In this document: positions 26,687 to 36,171 of the stretch, one piece after another | How positions within the stretch are numbered: position 1 is the stretch's first letter | Layout: each line of letters opens with the position of its first letter | Sequence record: PV625053.1 | Strand: one strand, 5' to 3' | Length of the DNA stretch: 44,317 nucleotides | Source: Klebsiella phage vB_Kpn_004_Koku | Position numbers and translations under genes: made by a program | The notes under the pieces: model-generated | Database searches by the model: none | What the model was told of the DNA's origin: nothing | What the model saw: only the letters and a program-made list of their open reading frames with translations

Positions 26687-29308
26687 ATGCAAGATCTAAT
26701 GAACATGCAGCTTCAACTTGAAGACGAGATGTTTAACGGTGGTATCCGCCGCTTTGAAGCTGACCAGCAGCGCCAGATTGCAAGCGGTAATGAATCCGAT
26801 ACTGCATGGAATCGCCGCCTGCTGTCTGAATTGATTGCACCTATGGCCGAGGGTATCCAAGCGTATAAAGAAGAGTACGAAGGTAAGAAAGGCCGCGCCC
26901 CGCGTGCTCTTGCTTTCCTGCAATGCGTAGAAAACGAGGTTGCAGCCTACATCACCATGAAAGTGGTTATGGATATGCTGAACACCGATGTAACCCTTCA
27001 AGCTATTTCTATGGCGGTGGCTGACCGCATTGAAGACCAAGTCCGCTTTAGCAAGCTGGAAGGTCACGCCGCTAAATACTTTGAGAAAGTCAAAGCAAGC
27101 CTGAAAGCAAGCCGCACTAAATCTTATCGCCACGCGCATAACGTATGCGTAGTTGCTGAGAAATCAGTGGCGGCTAAAGATGGCGAGTTCGACCGCTGGG
27201 AGGCATGGCCTAAAGACACCCTCCTGCAAATCGGGACTACCTTGCTTGAAATCTTGGAGAATAGCGTATTCTTTAATGGTGAGCCTGTATTCATGCGTGC
27301 AATGCGTGCGGTAGCTGGTAAAACTGTCTACTACCTGCAAACGTCTGAAACCGTGGGCGAGTGGATCGCAGCATTCAAAGACCACGTAGCGCAACTGTCC
27401 CCGGCTTATGCTCCTTGCGTAGTACCGCCGCGTCCTTGGGTATCCCCGTTCAATGGCGGCTTCCACACTGAGAAGGTGGCTAGTCGTGTTCGTCTGGTCA
27501 AAGGCGACCGCGAACATGTTCGCAAGCTGACCAAAAAGCAGATGCCTAAAGTTTACAAGGCTGTTAACGCCCTGCAAAACACTCAATGGCAAATTAACAA
27601 GGAAGTATTAGCGGTAGTGGAGGAAGTGATCCGCCTTGACCTTGGTTATGGTAAGATTCCACACTTCAAGCCCATCATTGACAAGGAGAACAAGCCAGCG
27701 AACCCGGTTCCGGTTGAGTTCCAGCACCTTCGCGGGCGTGAGTTAAAGGAAATGCTCACCGCTGACCAGTGGCAAGCCTTCATTAACTGGAAGGGCGAAT
27801 GTGCGAAGCTGTACACCGCAGAGACTAAGCGCGGCTCCAAGTCCGCCGCCGTGGTTCGCATGGTTGGACAGGCTCGCAAATACAGCGCTTTTGATGCGAT
27901 TTACTTCGTATATGCACTGGATAGCCGTTCCCGCGTTTATGCGCAGTCTAGCACGCTCTCACCGCAGTCTAACGACTTAGGCAAGGCATTGCTCCGCTTC
28001 ACCGAAGGGCAGCCGCTTGACACCGCTGAGGCGCTTAAATGGTTCCTCATCTCCGGCGCTAACCTGTGGGGTTGGGATAAGAAAACCTTTGATGTACGTC
28101 AAGCTAACGTGTGGGATGCAGAGTTTCAAGATATGTGCCGGGATATCGCCGCCGACCCGCTCACCTTCACACAGTGGGCTAAAGCGGACGAGCCTTACGA
28201 GTTCCTCGCATGGTGCTTTGAATATGCCCGCTATCTGGATGCTCTGGAAGATGGCACCCGCGATGAGTTCCGCACGCACTTACCAGTACACCAAGACGGC
28301 TCATGCTCTGGCATCCAGCACTATAGCGCTATGCTGAAAGATGAGCGCGGCGCTATCGCTGTTAACCTGAAACCGGGAGACGCTCCGCAAGATATTTACG
28401 GCGCGGTTGCGCAGGTGGTTATTGCGAAGAATGCCCTGTACATGGACGCCGACGAAGGGCTGACCTTCGAATCTGGTAGCCTGAAACTGTCCGGCGCTGA
28501 CCTCCGCGCGATGGCGAATGCCTGGGATATGGTAGGCATCACCCGGTCACTGACCAAGAAGCCTGTTATGACCCTGCCGTATGGCTCCACTCGCCTAACC
28601 TGCCGCGAATCTGTGATCGACTACATCGTTGATCTGGAAGAGAAAGAGGCGCAGAAAGCAGCAGTAGAAGGGCGGGCATCTAACAAGGTACACCCGTTCG
28701 AAGAAGGGCAGGCACTGGAACCAGCGATGGCATACAACTACATGACTGCTTTGATTTGGCCGTCAATCTCTGAGGTTGTGAAGGCTCCGATTGTTGCGAT
28801 GAAGATGATTCGCCAGCTTGCACGCTTCGCAGCTAAACGCAACGAAGGGCTGGAATATACGCTGCCGACTGGCTTCATCCTGAAACAGAAAATCATGGCA
28901 ACCGAAATGCTCCGCGTGCGTACCTGTCTGATGGGTGATATCAAGATGAGCCTGCAAGTGGAAACTGACATTGTAGATGAAACTGCAATGATGGGCGCAG
29001 CAGCACCGAATTTTGTACACGGTCACGATGCGAGCCACCTGATTCTCACAGTCTGCGATCTGGTAGACAAGGGTATCAAATCTATAGCTGTGATTCACGA
29101 CTCCTTCGGGACTCATGCAGGCCGTACCTTAGACCTCCGCAACTCCCTGAAAGGGCAGATGGTGGAAATGTATGAACACACTAACGCACTGGAGAAACTA
29201 CTGGAAGAACACGAAGAACGCTGGAAGGTTGACACTGGCATCAAAGTACCAGAGCAAGGCACCTTCGACGTCCGGGAAATCTTAGAGTCTGACTATTGCT
29301 TCGCTTAA
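26687..29308 (+). CDS. single-subunit DNA-directed RNA polymerase (SP6 RNAP-like)
   Basis: 873 aa (SP6 RNAP is 874 aa as I recall); long stretches match SP6 RNAP as I recall it ([28 protein letters not shown]..; ..[20 protein letters not shown]..; ..[10 protein letters not shown]..); the genome uses SP6-consensus promoters. Confidence 0.95.
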   Translation: MQDLMNMQLQLEDEMFNGGIRRFEADQQRQIASGNESDTAWNRRLLSELIAPMAEGIQAYKEEYEGKKGRAPRALAFLQCVENEVAAYITMKVVMDMLNTDVTLQAISMAVADRIEDQVRFSKLEGHAAKYFEKVKASLKASRTKSYRHAHNVCVVAEKSVAAKDGEFDRWEAWPKDTLLQIGTTLLEILENSVFFNGEPVFMRAMRAVAGKTVYYLQTSETVGEWIAAFKDHVAQLSPAYAPCVVPPRPWVSPFNGGFHTEKVASRVRLVKGDREHVRKLTKKQMPKVYKAVNALQNTQWQINKEVLAVVEEVIRLDLGYGKIPHFKPIIDKENKPANPVPVEFQHLRGRELKEMLTADQWQAFINWKGECAKLYTAETKRGSKSAAVVRMVGQARKYSAFDAIYFVYALDSRSRVYAQSSTLSPQSNDLGKALLRFTEGQPLDTAEALKWFLISGANLWGWDKKTFDVRQANVWDAEFQDMCRDIAADPLTFTQWAKADEPYEFLAWCFEYARYLDALEDGTRDEFRTHLPVHQDGSCSGIQHYSAMLKDERGAIAVNLKPGDAPQDIYGAVAQVVIAKNALYMDADEGLTFESGSLKLSGADLRAMANAWDMVGITRSLTKKPVMTLPYGSTRLTCRESVIDYIVDLEEKEAQKAAVEGRASNKVHPFEEGQALEPAMAYNYMTALIWPSISEVVKAPIVAMKMIRQLARFAAKRNEGLEYTLPTGFILKQKIMATEMLRVRTCLMGDIKMSLQVETDIVDETAMMGAAAPNFVHGHDASHLILTVCDLVDKGIKSIAVIHDSFGTHAGRTLDLRNSLKGQMVEMYEHTNALEKLLEEHEERWKVDTGIKVPEQGTFDVREILESDYCFA

Positions 29309-29315
29309 TATTAAT

Positions 29316-29348
29316 AGGGCCAGCCTTCGGGTTGGCCTTTTCTTTTGC
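29316..29348 (+). terminator. terminator after RNAP gene
   Basis: GGCCAGCC-TTCG-GGTTGGCC (one G-U) followed by TTTTCTTTTG. Confidence 0.75.
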
Positions 29349-29374
29349 CTATCACCTGTTACATTTCATTAACA

Positions 29375-29392
29375 AGTCCAACGTGTTGGACA
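29375..29392. repeat. palindrome copy AGTCCAACGTGTTGGACA
   Basis: 8 bp upstream of promoter 29401. Confidence 0.9.
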
Positions 29393-29400
29393 CGATGCAG

Positions 29401-29421
29401 ATTTAGGAGACACTATAGGAC
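29401..29421 (+). promoter_or_regulatory. SP6-type promoter variant (origin region, left)
   Basis: ATTTAGGAGACACTATAGGAC. Confidence 0.7.
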
Positions 29422-29537
29422 TACCCGTCGGAGACGGAAAGTAATAGGTAGTTAAAGGTAATAAAGGGAAGATAGGTAATATAGGTAGTCCTAGGTTACA
29501 CTTCCTTTATTCTCCTTCCTTATTACCTCAGGGAGTC
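29422..29537 (+). repeat. AT-rich iteron-like element C between two promoters (candidate primary origin)
   Basis: AAAGGTAATAAAGGG, ATAGGTAATATAGGTAG, imperfect inverted repeat ..GGTAATAAAGGGAAG../..CTTCCTTTATT..CCTTATTACC. Confidence 0.65.
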
Positions 29538-29538
29538 C

Positions 29539-29556
29539 TGTCCAACGTGTTGGACA
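29539..29556. repeat. palindrome copy TGTCCAACGTGTTGGACA
   Basis: 4 bp upstream of promoter 29561. Confidence 0.9.
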
Positions 29557-29560
29557 ACCT

Positions 29561-29581
29561 ATTTAGGTGACACTATTGAAC
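29561..29581 (+). promoter_or_regulatory. SP6-type promoter variant (origin region, right; gene 1.1)
   Basis: ATTTAGGTGACACTATTGAAC. Confidence 0.7.
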
Positions 29582-29609
29582 AAGACTAACTTACTTTGGA
29601 GATTCAATC

Positions 29610-29735
29610 ATGCGTAACTTCGAGAAAATGACCCGTAAATCTACCCGCTTCGATGAGTTCGAAGGGAAGAAAGGTAGCAAGCGTAATAAGATTGTACGCG
29701 ACCGTGCATCTAAACGCGCTGCATGGGAGATCTAA
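29610..29735 (+). CDS. gp1.1-like small basic protein (41 aa)
   Basis: MRNFEKMTRKSTRFDEFEGKKGSKRNKIVRDRASKRAAWEI vs T7 gp1.1 MRNFEKMTKRSNRNARDFEATKGRKLNKTKRDRSHKRSWEGQ; GGAG SD; same position after the origin-like region. Confidence 0.8.
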   Translation: MRNFEKMTRKSTRFDEFEGKKGSKRNKIVRDRASKRAAWEI

Positions 29736-29738
29736 GTT

Positions 29739-31727
29739 ATGGCGATCATCAATAACATCCCTTGCCCGATGTGCCAGAAGAACGGGCACGATAAATCCGG
29801 CAACCATCTAATGATCTTTGAGGATGGTGCTGGTTACTGTAACCGTAGTCACTTCCACGACAACGGACGACCTTACTACCACAAGCCCGAGGGCGGCATC
29901 GAGATCACAGAGCTACCTATCAATGGTTCAATCAAGTACACTCCTGCACAATTCCGTGACTTGGAGAAAGAAGGGAAGATAGCAGACCCTAAACTACGTG
30001 CCATCGCCCTTGGTGGTATGCGAATGAAAGACCGCTGGGAGGTCATGAATGACGAAGAGAAGGCAGAGCAAGAAGCCGAGTGGCAACTTGATGTTGAGTG
30101 GTTCCTTGAACTTAAAAGGAAGAACCTTGTATCACGACACATTCGAGGCGACATTTGTGCGCTGTATGACGTCCGAGTCGGTCATGATGGTGAAGGGAAG
30201 GTTAACAGGCATTACTACCCTCGCTTCGAGAATGGCAAACTTGTAGGCGCGAAGTGCCGGACACTCCCTAAAGACTTCAAGTTCGGGCATCTTGGTAAGC
30301 TATTCGGCAATCAGGATATGTTCGGTATGAACACCATGTCCAACGTGTTGGACAAGGGCCGTCGCAAAGACGTGCTGTTAATTGTCGGCGGCGAACTTGA
30401 TGCGATGGCTGCGCAGCAGATGCTGATGGATGCAGCTACTGGCGACTGGAAGGGCAAGCCTTATCACGTCTGGTCTGTGAACAAGGGCGAGTCTTGCCTT
30501 GAAGAGATCGTCCAGAACCGGGAGCACATCTCGCAGTTCAAGAAAATTATATGGGCCTTCGACGGTGACGAGGTAGGGCGCAAGCAGAACCAGCAAGCGG
30601 CCCGCCTGTTCCCCGGCAAGTCCTATATCCTTGAGTACCCTGCCGGGTGCAAGGATGCGAACAAGGCGCTGATGGCTGGCAAGTCGAAGGAGTTCGTCGA
30701 TGCATGGTTCAACGCCAAGTCCAGCGAGGAAGTCTTCGGTAGCCAGATTAAGTCCGTTGCGTCGATGCGTGACGAACTCAAGAAGGCCCGACCAGAGGAG
30801 GGACTGTCATGGCCTTGGCCTAAGCTGAACAAGGTTACGCTGGGTATTCGTAAGCACCAGCTTATCATCGTCGGCGCAGGCTCCGGTGTGGGTAAGACCG
30901 AGTTCCTACGCGAAGTGGTTAAGCACCTCATCGAAGAGCATGGGGAATCCGTTGGTATTATCTCGACGGAAGACCCGACCAAGAAGGTGGCGCGTGCATT
31001 CATCGGGAAGTGGATCGACAAGCGCATTGAGTTGCCGCCGACAAATGACCCGACCGAAGATGGCTATCGTGAGGTACTTGACTACACAGATGAGGAAGCG
31101 GCAGCAGCTATCGACTACGTAGCAGATACAGGTAAGTTCTTTGTAGCTGATCTCGAAGGTGACTACTCAATGGAGAAGATTGAGCAGACCTGCCTAGAGT
31201 TCGAAGCTATGGGGATTCAGAACATCTTTATTGATAACTTAACGGGGATTAAATTAGATGAGAGAGCATATGGTGGTAAGGTTGGAGCGCTTGATGAGTG
31301 CGTCAAAAGGATTGGAACTATCAAAGACCGACATCCTGTTACGATCTTCCTTGTCAGTCACCTTACTCGCCCTTCGGGACAACGTACCCAACACGAAGAA
31401 GGTGGTGAAGTTATCCTTTCTGACTTCCGAGGCTCAGGAGCTATCGGATTCTGGGCTTCTTACGCCTTGGGGATTGAGCGTAACACACGAGCTGAATCGC
31501 TTGATGAAAGAACTACCACGTACATCTCATGCGTCAAAGACCGTGACCAAGGGATTTTCACGGGGACTAAGGTCATGCTTAAAGGCGACCTTGCAACCGG
31601 TAGATTGAAGGAACCTCAAGCACGAACCAAGAGCTTTGACACAGGTGTACCTAAGCAGCAGGAAGTACCTGATGATTTAGGTGACACTATAGAACAAGGT
31701 AACTTCGAGGAAGAGCAGGAGTTCTAG
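29739..31727 (+). CDS. DNA primase/helicase (gp4-like)
   Basis: 662 aa; N-terminal Cys4 zinc ribbon CPMCQKNGHD..CNRSH, Walker A GAGSGVGKTEF, acidic C-terminal tail ..NFEEEQEF ending in Phe as in T7 gp4. Confidence 0.9.
   Translation: MAIINNIPCPMCQKNGHDKSGNHLMIFEDGAGYCNRSHFHDNGRPYYHKPEGGIEITELPINGSIKYTPAQFRDLEKEGKIADPKLRAIALGGMRMKDRWEVMNDEEKAEQEAEWQLDVEWFLELKRKNLVSRHIRGDICALYDVRVGHDGEGKVNRHYYPRFENGKLVGAKCRTLPKDFKFGHLGKLFGNQDMFGMNTMSNVLDKGRRKDVLLIVGGELDAMAAQQMLMDAATGDWKGKPYHVWSVNKGESCLEEIVQNREHISQFKKIIWAFDGDEVGRKQNQQAARLFPGKSYILEYPAGCKDANKALMAGKSKEFVDAWFNAKSSEEVFGSQIKSVASMRDELKKARPEEGLSWPWPKLNKVTLGIRKHQLIIVGAGSGVGKTEFLREVVKHLIEEHGESVGIISTEDPTKKVARAFIGKWIDKRIELPPTNDPTEDGYREVLDYTDEEAAAAIDYVADTGKFFVADLEGDYSMEKIEQTCLEFEAMGIQNIFIDNLTGIKLDERAYGGKVGALDECVKRIGTIKDRHPVTIFLVSHLTRPSGQRTQHEEGGEVILSDFRGSGAIGFWASYALGIERNTRAESLDERTTTYISCVKDRDQGIFTGTKVMLKGDLATGRLKEPQARTKSFDTGVPKQQEVPDDLGDTIEQGNFEEEQEF
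30337..30354. repeat. palindrome copy TGTCCAACGTGTTGGACA inside primase-helicase CDS
   Basis: encodes MSNVLDK in frame. Confidence 0.9.
31674..31694 (+). promoter_or_regulatory. SP6-type promoter inside 3' end of primase-helicase gene
   Basis: ATTTAGGTGACACTATAGAAC; encodes DLGDTIEQ in the helicase. Confidence 0.85.
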
Positions 31728-31743
31728 TGTTCTTATCAGGGCT

Positions 31744-31761
31744 TGTCCAACATGTTGGACA
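31744..31761. repeat. perfect palindrome TGTCCAACATGTTGGACA
   Basis: flanked by GGGCT/AGGCTC extending the stem to 12 bp; after primase-helicase gene. Confidence 0.9.
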
Positions 31762-31799
31762 GGCTCTTATTAAGCACATTAACTAACAGGAGAAATGAA

Positions 31800-32465
31800 A
31801 TGATTAAGTTGGTATTAAATGTTGGCGACCGTGTACGTAACATCAACAAGCAGTCCAGTCGCTATCAAACCAAAGGCGTAGTTGTGGCAGTAGGCGACAG
31901 CATATACGTAGTAAAGTATCGCAACGGTGCTGATCAATCTTATATCAAGAAGCTGGCACATAACTATCTGGAGAAGATAGTGGAGGCTGAAAGCAAGTGC
32001 AAGTGTGTGCATGATGAACTATGTGAGCATTGCACTCGCCAAGCGCAGAAAGCCATCACCTTCTTCGCACGTTACGGTGCAGGCACCAAGTCGATTGCAG
32101 AGCATATGGCACAGAGCCGCAAGGTGCTGAAACGGGAGCGCCGCAATGTGATCACTGGCATGACCCAATCGGATATGCACCGCCAGCATGGTGCAGAAGG
32201 TGTCGTCATGTTCAACACTCGTGCAACCGGGCGCAGCACAGGCCAAGCCTTCCGCATCTTGGGTGAAGCCATGTGCAATCCGGGTGTCGCCATTCGAATC
32301 CAAGACGTAGACCATGCGATCTCGGAAGGCAAAGGCAACCGCTGGCAGCTTAACAAACACTTCGAGCACATCTTACGTGACACTATAGGAGATATGAAAG
32401 GCTTCCACTTTGAGCACGGACATATCACATTTAACCCTATCGTTACGGAGGAAACTTATGTCTAA
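31800..32465 (+). CDS. hypothetical protein (221 aa)
   Basis: ATG 31800 is 7 nt after AGGAG (ORF-track extension to 31743 lacks SD and runs through the palindrome); Cys-rich segment CKCVHDELCEHC. Confidence 0.6.
   Translation: MIKLVLNVGDRVRNINKQSSRYQTKGVVVAVGDSIYVVKYRNGADQSYIKKLAHNYLEKIVEAESKCKCVHDELCEHCTRQAQKAITFFARYGAGTKSIAEHMAQSRKVLKRERRNVITGMTQSDMHRQHGAEGVVMFNTRATGRSTGQAFRILGEAMCNPGVAIRIQDVDHAISEGKGNRWQLNKHFEHILRDTIGDMKGFHFEHGHITFNPIVTEETYV
32371..32391 (+). promoter_or_regulatory. SP6-type promoter variant inside hypothetical gene
   Basis: TCTTACGTGACACTATAGGAG. Confidence 0.55.
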
Positions 32466-32673
32466 GAAACCTAGCCTCAAGTTCCTTGATGGGAACGAGT
32501 ACCTGCAACAACGTGTAACCAATCAGGCATTCCTGTTCGCACAGCTTACTATGGCAGAAGCCAAGAAGAATAGTCTTACCCGCGATCAGGTTATCAAAGA
32601 CGCTACATGGGAGCCCCACAAGGGAACCTACATGGGGTGCAAGGTTACAGTGGAGCGCAAGAAAGTCAGTTAA
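32458..32673 (+). CDS. hypothetical protein (71 aa)
   Basis: ATG 32458 follows GGAGG; downstream of an internal phage-promoter variant at 32371. Confidence 0.55.
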   Translation: MSKKPSLKFLDGNEYLQQRVTNQAFLFAQLTMAEAKKNSLTRDQVIKDATWEPHKGTYMGCKVTVERKKVS

Positions 32674-32685
32674 TAAGTCATGGGT

Positions 32686-32703
32686 TGTCCAACATGTTGG
32701 ACA
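32686..32703. repeat. perfect palindrome TGTCCAACATGTTGGACA
   Basis: GGGTTGTCCAACATGTTGGACAGCC, 25-mer nearly identical to copy at 9716. Confidence 0.9.
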
Positions 32704-32734
32704 GCCTATCATCATATTAATTGGAGGTAACTCA

Positions 32735-35281
32735 ATGAAAGATATTGATTGGATTAAAGAAGCCCAAGGCCGTATCCTTGTGATGGATGCGGAAGCTAAA
32801 GGTCTACTTGATGCCATCCGATACGGACACCGCGAGGACGTGCATATCATTTGCTGCATGGACTTGCTGACCACCGAAGAGTTCCTGTTCTTCGACCCGT
32901 ATGAGATGCGCGACCCGGAAGCGCGGGAGCGACTCAAGGAGTGGGAAGGGTTTCAGGACGGAGATCTTGTGGATGGCGTGAACTTCCTCAAGCACTGCGA
33001 GGCTATCATCTCACAGAACTTCCTAGGATATGACGGCTTGCTCTTTGAGAAGGCATTCCCGTCTGTGTGGCGTGGCTTTAACTACACAGAGAAGCGCGGG
33101 AAAGGCCGTCTGCGGGCCGATCTCTGCCCGGTAAGGGTTATGGATACCCTCGTTATGTCACGCCTCCTGAACCCGGATAGGCGGCTTCCTCCGCAGGCTT
33201 ACGCTAAAGGTATGGGTAACGTGGCCCCTCACTCAATCGAGGCGCACGGCATCCGCATCGGGCGCTATAAGCCAGAGAACGAAGACTGGTCTAAGCTGAC
33301 AGACCATATGGTTCACCGTGTCCGCGAGGACGTGGCGATTGGTCGTGACCTATTCCTGTGGCTGCATAACGGCGAATGGAAGGAGCACAAGGCGCGTGGT
33401 GTCAACCCTCGCACTGGCCTTGGCATCGAAACGGCATTCCACATGGAGTCTATCGTTGCGCTGGAAATGACCCGGCAGGCAGAGCGTGGCTTCCGACTGG
33501 ATATCGACAAGGCACTAGCCCGCTGCCAAGAACTCGACGAGAAGATCGACGAGACAGTAGCAGCATTCCGCCCGCACATGCCTATGCGTATCAAGTCAAA
33601 GCCGTTCAAGCCACAAGAGAAGGAGGAACAAATCGATGCAGCAAACAGCTACGCGGCGTTACATTCGTTGGGTACGAGGCTCTCAGAAGACGCCTTCTTA
33701 CATGTGGAACGCAGGGGTGATAGGAAGACTGTATGGGCCGTCACCACTAAGTCTGGAGATTGGTCTGCTACTGTCAAGAAAGATTTTCCTCACATTAGAG
33801 GAAATATTAATGACACGCCAAGCCTCAAGCACATTGGCCCTTACTCGCCAGTCACCTTTGAAGAGATCCCACTAGGGAACCGTGACACGGTGAAGCAGGT
33901 ACTCTATGACTTCGGGTGGCGAGGTGTAGAGTTCAACGATACAGAGCAGGCATACATCGACGAGAACGGTGTGCCGCCTAAACCTTGGAGTGGTAAGATC
34001 AATGAGAAGTCGATTGCTGTTTGGAAGGAAAGAGCCGCACGTGAAGGTAAAGCAGTCCCCGATTGGTGCTTGGGTATCGCTGCATGGTACATACTCGTAT
34101 CCCGTCGCGGTCAGATCCTCAATCGTGGTGACGTTGAAGCCTTCGATCAGAAAGGAGCGTGGCCCTCGCAGGCTGGTGTACGAAAGTGTCGCGGCCTTAT
34201 ACCTGTAGCCTTCAACAAAGAGCTTGGCATCAATGCACAAACGTACTACGAAACCTATGGGTGCTGGCCTACGTCTGATAAGGACGATGGTGAGTGGCGT
34301 GTTCCTGCCGTTGCTATCAGTATTGGAACTTCTACTTTCCGTATGCGGCATCGTAATGTTGTTAATATCCCCGCCCGTGGCTTATACCCTCTTCGTGATT
34401 TATTCATTGCAGGAAAAGGTAAGCTAATCCTTGGCTGCGACGGCGCAGGTCTGGAGTTGCGTGTATTATCGCACTTCATGAACGACCCTGAATACCAAGA
34501 GATCGTGTTGCACGGTGACATTCACACCCATAACCAGCTTAAAGCTGGCCTGCCGAAGCGCGACATGGCGAAGACTTTCATCTACGCCTTCCTGTATGGC
34601 TCCGGTATTGCCAACCTAGCGGCAGTTTGTGGCGTCACGGAGGAGGAGATGAAGGAAGTGGTGGCTCGTTTTGAGATTGAGCTACCATCACTGGCTCGAC
34701 TTCGTGAGAATGTTATCGCTGCCGGGAATAAGTTTGGCTACCTTCAAGCGCCGGATGGTCATTGGGGCCGCATCCGTATGGCTAACGGTGAACTCAAAGA
34801 GCACACCATGCTGAACGTGTTGCTCCAAATGACAGGATCACTGTGTATGAAATACGCACTGGTGAAAGCATTTGCTGTCATGCGCAGAGAGGGAGTAGCG
34901 CTGGATGATATGGGAAATCCTTGTGGTGTGGCTAACGTCCACGATGAAATCCAGATGGAGGTGCCAGAAGATGAGGTCTTGTACCTTGACTATGAGTTAC
35001 CTTTCACCTTGGAAGGCTTCGAAAATGAGAAGGCAGCTATCAAAGCTGTGTTTGATCCAGAGGAGAAACGTGTACATGTCGATTCAGAAGGCCGGATGTG
35101 GTCTGCTGCCAACCTCGTTAGCGTTGATCACGATGCTGGTGTGTTGCGTTGCCAGCGTAAATATCACCGTGCTGGTCATATTATCGCTGATGCAATGACT
35201 TGGGCTGGCAAATATCTTAACATGCGCTGCCCTATGGCTGGCGAATATAAGATCGGTGCAAGCTGGAAAGAGACTCACTAA
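32735..35281 (+). CDS. DNA polymerase, family A (T7 gp5-like)
   Basis: 848 aa; motif A ..DGAGLELRVL.., motif B ..RDMAKTFIYAFLYG.., motif C ..VHDEIQ.. as in T7 DNAP. Confidence 0.9.
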   Translation: MKDIDWIKEAQGRILVMDAEAKGLLDAIRYGHREDVHIICCMDLLTTEEFLFFDPYEMRDPEARERLKEWEGFQDGDLVDGVNFLKHCEAIISQNFLGYDGLLFEKAFPSVWRGFNYTEKRGKGRLRADLCPVRVMDTLVMSRLLNPDRRLPPQAYAKGMGNVAPHSIEAHGIRIGRYKPENEDWSKLTDHMVHRVREDVAIGRDLFLWLHNGEWKEHKARGVNPRTGLGIETAFHMESIVALEMTRQAERGFRLDIDKALARCQELDEKIDETVAAFRPHMPMRIKSKPFKPQEKEEQIDAANSYAALHSLGTRLSEDAFLHVERRGDRKTVWAVTTKSGDWSATVKKDFPHIRGNINDTPSLKHIGPYSPVTFEEIPLGNRDTVKQVLYDFGWRGVEFNDTEQAYIDENGVPPKPWSGKINEKSIAVWKERAAREGKAVPDWCLGIAAWYILVSRRGQILNRGDVEAFDQKGAWPSQAGVRKCRGLIPVAFNKELGINAQTYYETYGCWPTSDKDDGEWRVPAVAISIGTSTFRMRHRNVVNIPARGLYPLRDLFIAGKGKLILGCDGAGLELRVLSHFMNDPEYQEIVLHGDIHTHNQLKAGLPKRDMAKTFIYAFLYGSGIANLAAVCGVTEEEMKEVVARFEIELPSLARLRENVIAAGNKFGYLQAPDGHWGRIRMANGELKEHTMLNVLLQMTGSLCMKYALVKAFAVMRREGVALDDMGNPCGVANVHDEIQMEVPEDEVLYLDYELPFTLEGFENEKAAIKAVFDPEEKRVHVDSEGRMWSAANLVSVDHDAGVLRCQRKYHRAGHIIADAMTWAGKYLNMRCPMAGEYKIGASWKETH

Positions 35282-35322
35282 TTATTATTCTTCCTTTGTG
35301 TCACTTAAATTCTCTACCTTTT

Positions 35323-35343
35323 ATTTAGGTGACACTATAGAAG
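35323..35343 (+). promoter_or_regulatory. SP6-type promoter after DNAP
   Basis: ATTTAGGTGACACTATAGAAG exact; followed by AT-rich repeat element. Confidence 0.9.
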
Positions 35344-35400
35344 GAAGACCAAGGTAATAAAGGTCTTATAGGTAGTATAGATAAATAAGGTAAATATAGG
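35344..35400 (+). repeat. AT-rich iteron-like element B downstream of promoter
   Basis: GAAGGAAGACCAAGGTAATAAAGG then TATAGGTAGTATAGATAAATAAGGTAAATATAGG. Confidence 0.7.
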
Positions 35401-35409
35401 AGATTAAAT

Positions 35410-35787
35410 ATGTCAATGGTAACTACTCTGGTAGCCCTGTCTCAATTCTTCCGTACTATGGCAGTACGTATGCGTGACAAGGCGGTGCGTGCTATTGAAG
35501 ACCGCATCGATGTAATCCAAGATCGTCAGGTTGAACTGGAAGAAAGTCGTAGTGCCCTGATGGTTGACTGCCACTCAAGCCACTACAAGAAGGTCGAGGC
35601 TCTCAAGGCTTGGCGTGAAGCTGAACTGGCTCGCATCGAGAAGGAGTTTGAGGCTAAGGCAGGCAAAGAGAGTGCTCGCTTCCAAGAGCAGAAGCGTACA
35701 ATCGCGGTAATGTCACAGGCTAAGTCTGACGAACTCAAGCGTGAACTGGTAATGCTTCGCACTGAACTGGACAACCTGACTAAGTAA
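35410..35787 (+). CDS. hypothetical coiled-coil protein (125 aa)
   Basis: ORF after promoter 35323 and AT-rich leader; Glu/Arg/Lys-rich helical sequence. Confidence 0.6.
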   Translation: MSMVTTLVALSQFFRTMAVRMRDKAVRAIEDRIDVIQDRQVELEESRSALMVDCHSSHYKKVEALKAWREAELARIEKEFEAKAGKESARFQEQKRTIAVMSQAKSDELKRELVMLRTELDNLTK

Positions 35788-35796
35788 GGAGGTATG

Positions 35797-36093
35797 ATGG
35801 AATTAGTAATTCAAGCTAAACATGTGGGTATTATCTTTCGTGATTTAGAGCAGCGTAAAGTTGCTGGACACACTCGTCTGGCTAAAGAAGACGATACAGC
35901 AATCACTACTGTTGAACAAGCAGATGCCTACCGTGGGCCAGAGTTCACTCAAGGTGAAACCTGCCACCAATTGAGTTTGTCCCTTTGTGACACTATGGCT
36001 AGTGTAAATGTGCAGGAGGTTGAAGACGGTGAGTGTGTTAGTTACATCTACCCGCTAGATACTATTGCACGTATTAAAGTAGTCCGTTCATAA
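35797..36093 (+). CDS. hypothetical protein (~98 aa)
   Basis: ATG 35797 is 5 nt after GGAGG (ATG 35794 too close to the SD); ends right before promoter 36092. Confidence 0.55.
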   Translation: MELVIQAKHVGIIFRDLEQRKVAGHTRLAKEDDTAITTVEQADAYRGPEFTQGETCHQLSLSLCDTMASVNVQEVEDGECVSYIYPLDTIARIKVVRS

Positions 36094-36112
36094 TTAGGTG
36101 ACACTATAGAAC
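36092..36112 (+). promoter_or_regulatory. SP6-type promoter
   Basis: AATTAGGTGACACTATAGAAC. Confidence 0.85.
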
Positions 36113-36171
36113 AATAGGTCGATTGGGTTCGGCCTATGATTGTATCGTGTAACCAAAGGAGGAATAAATTA

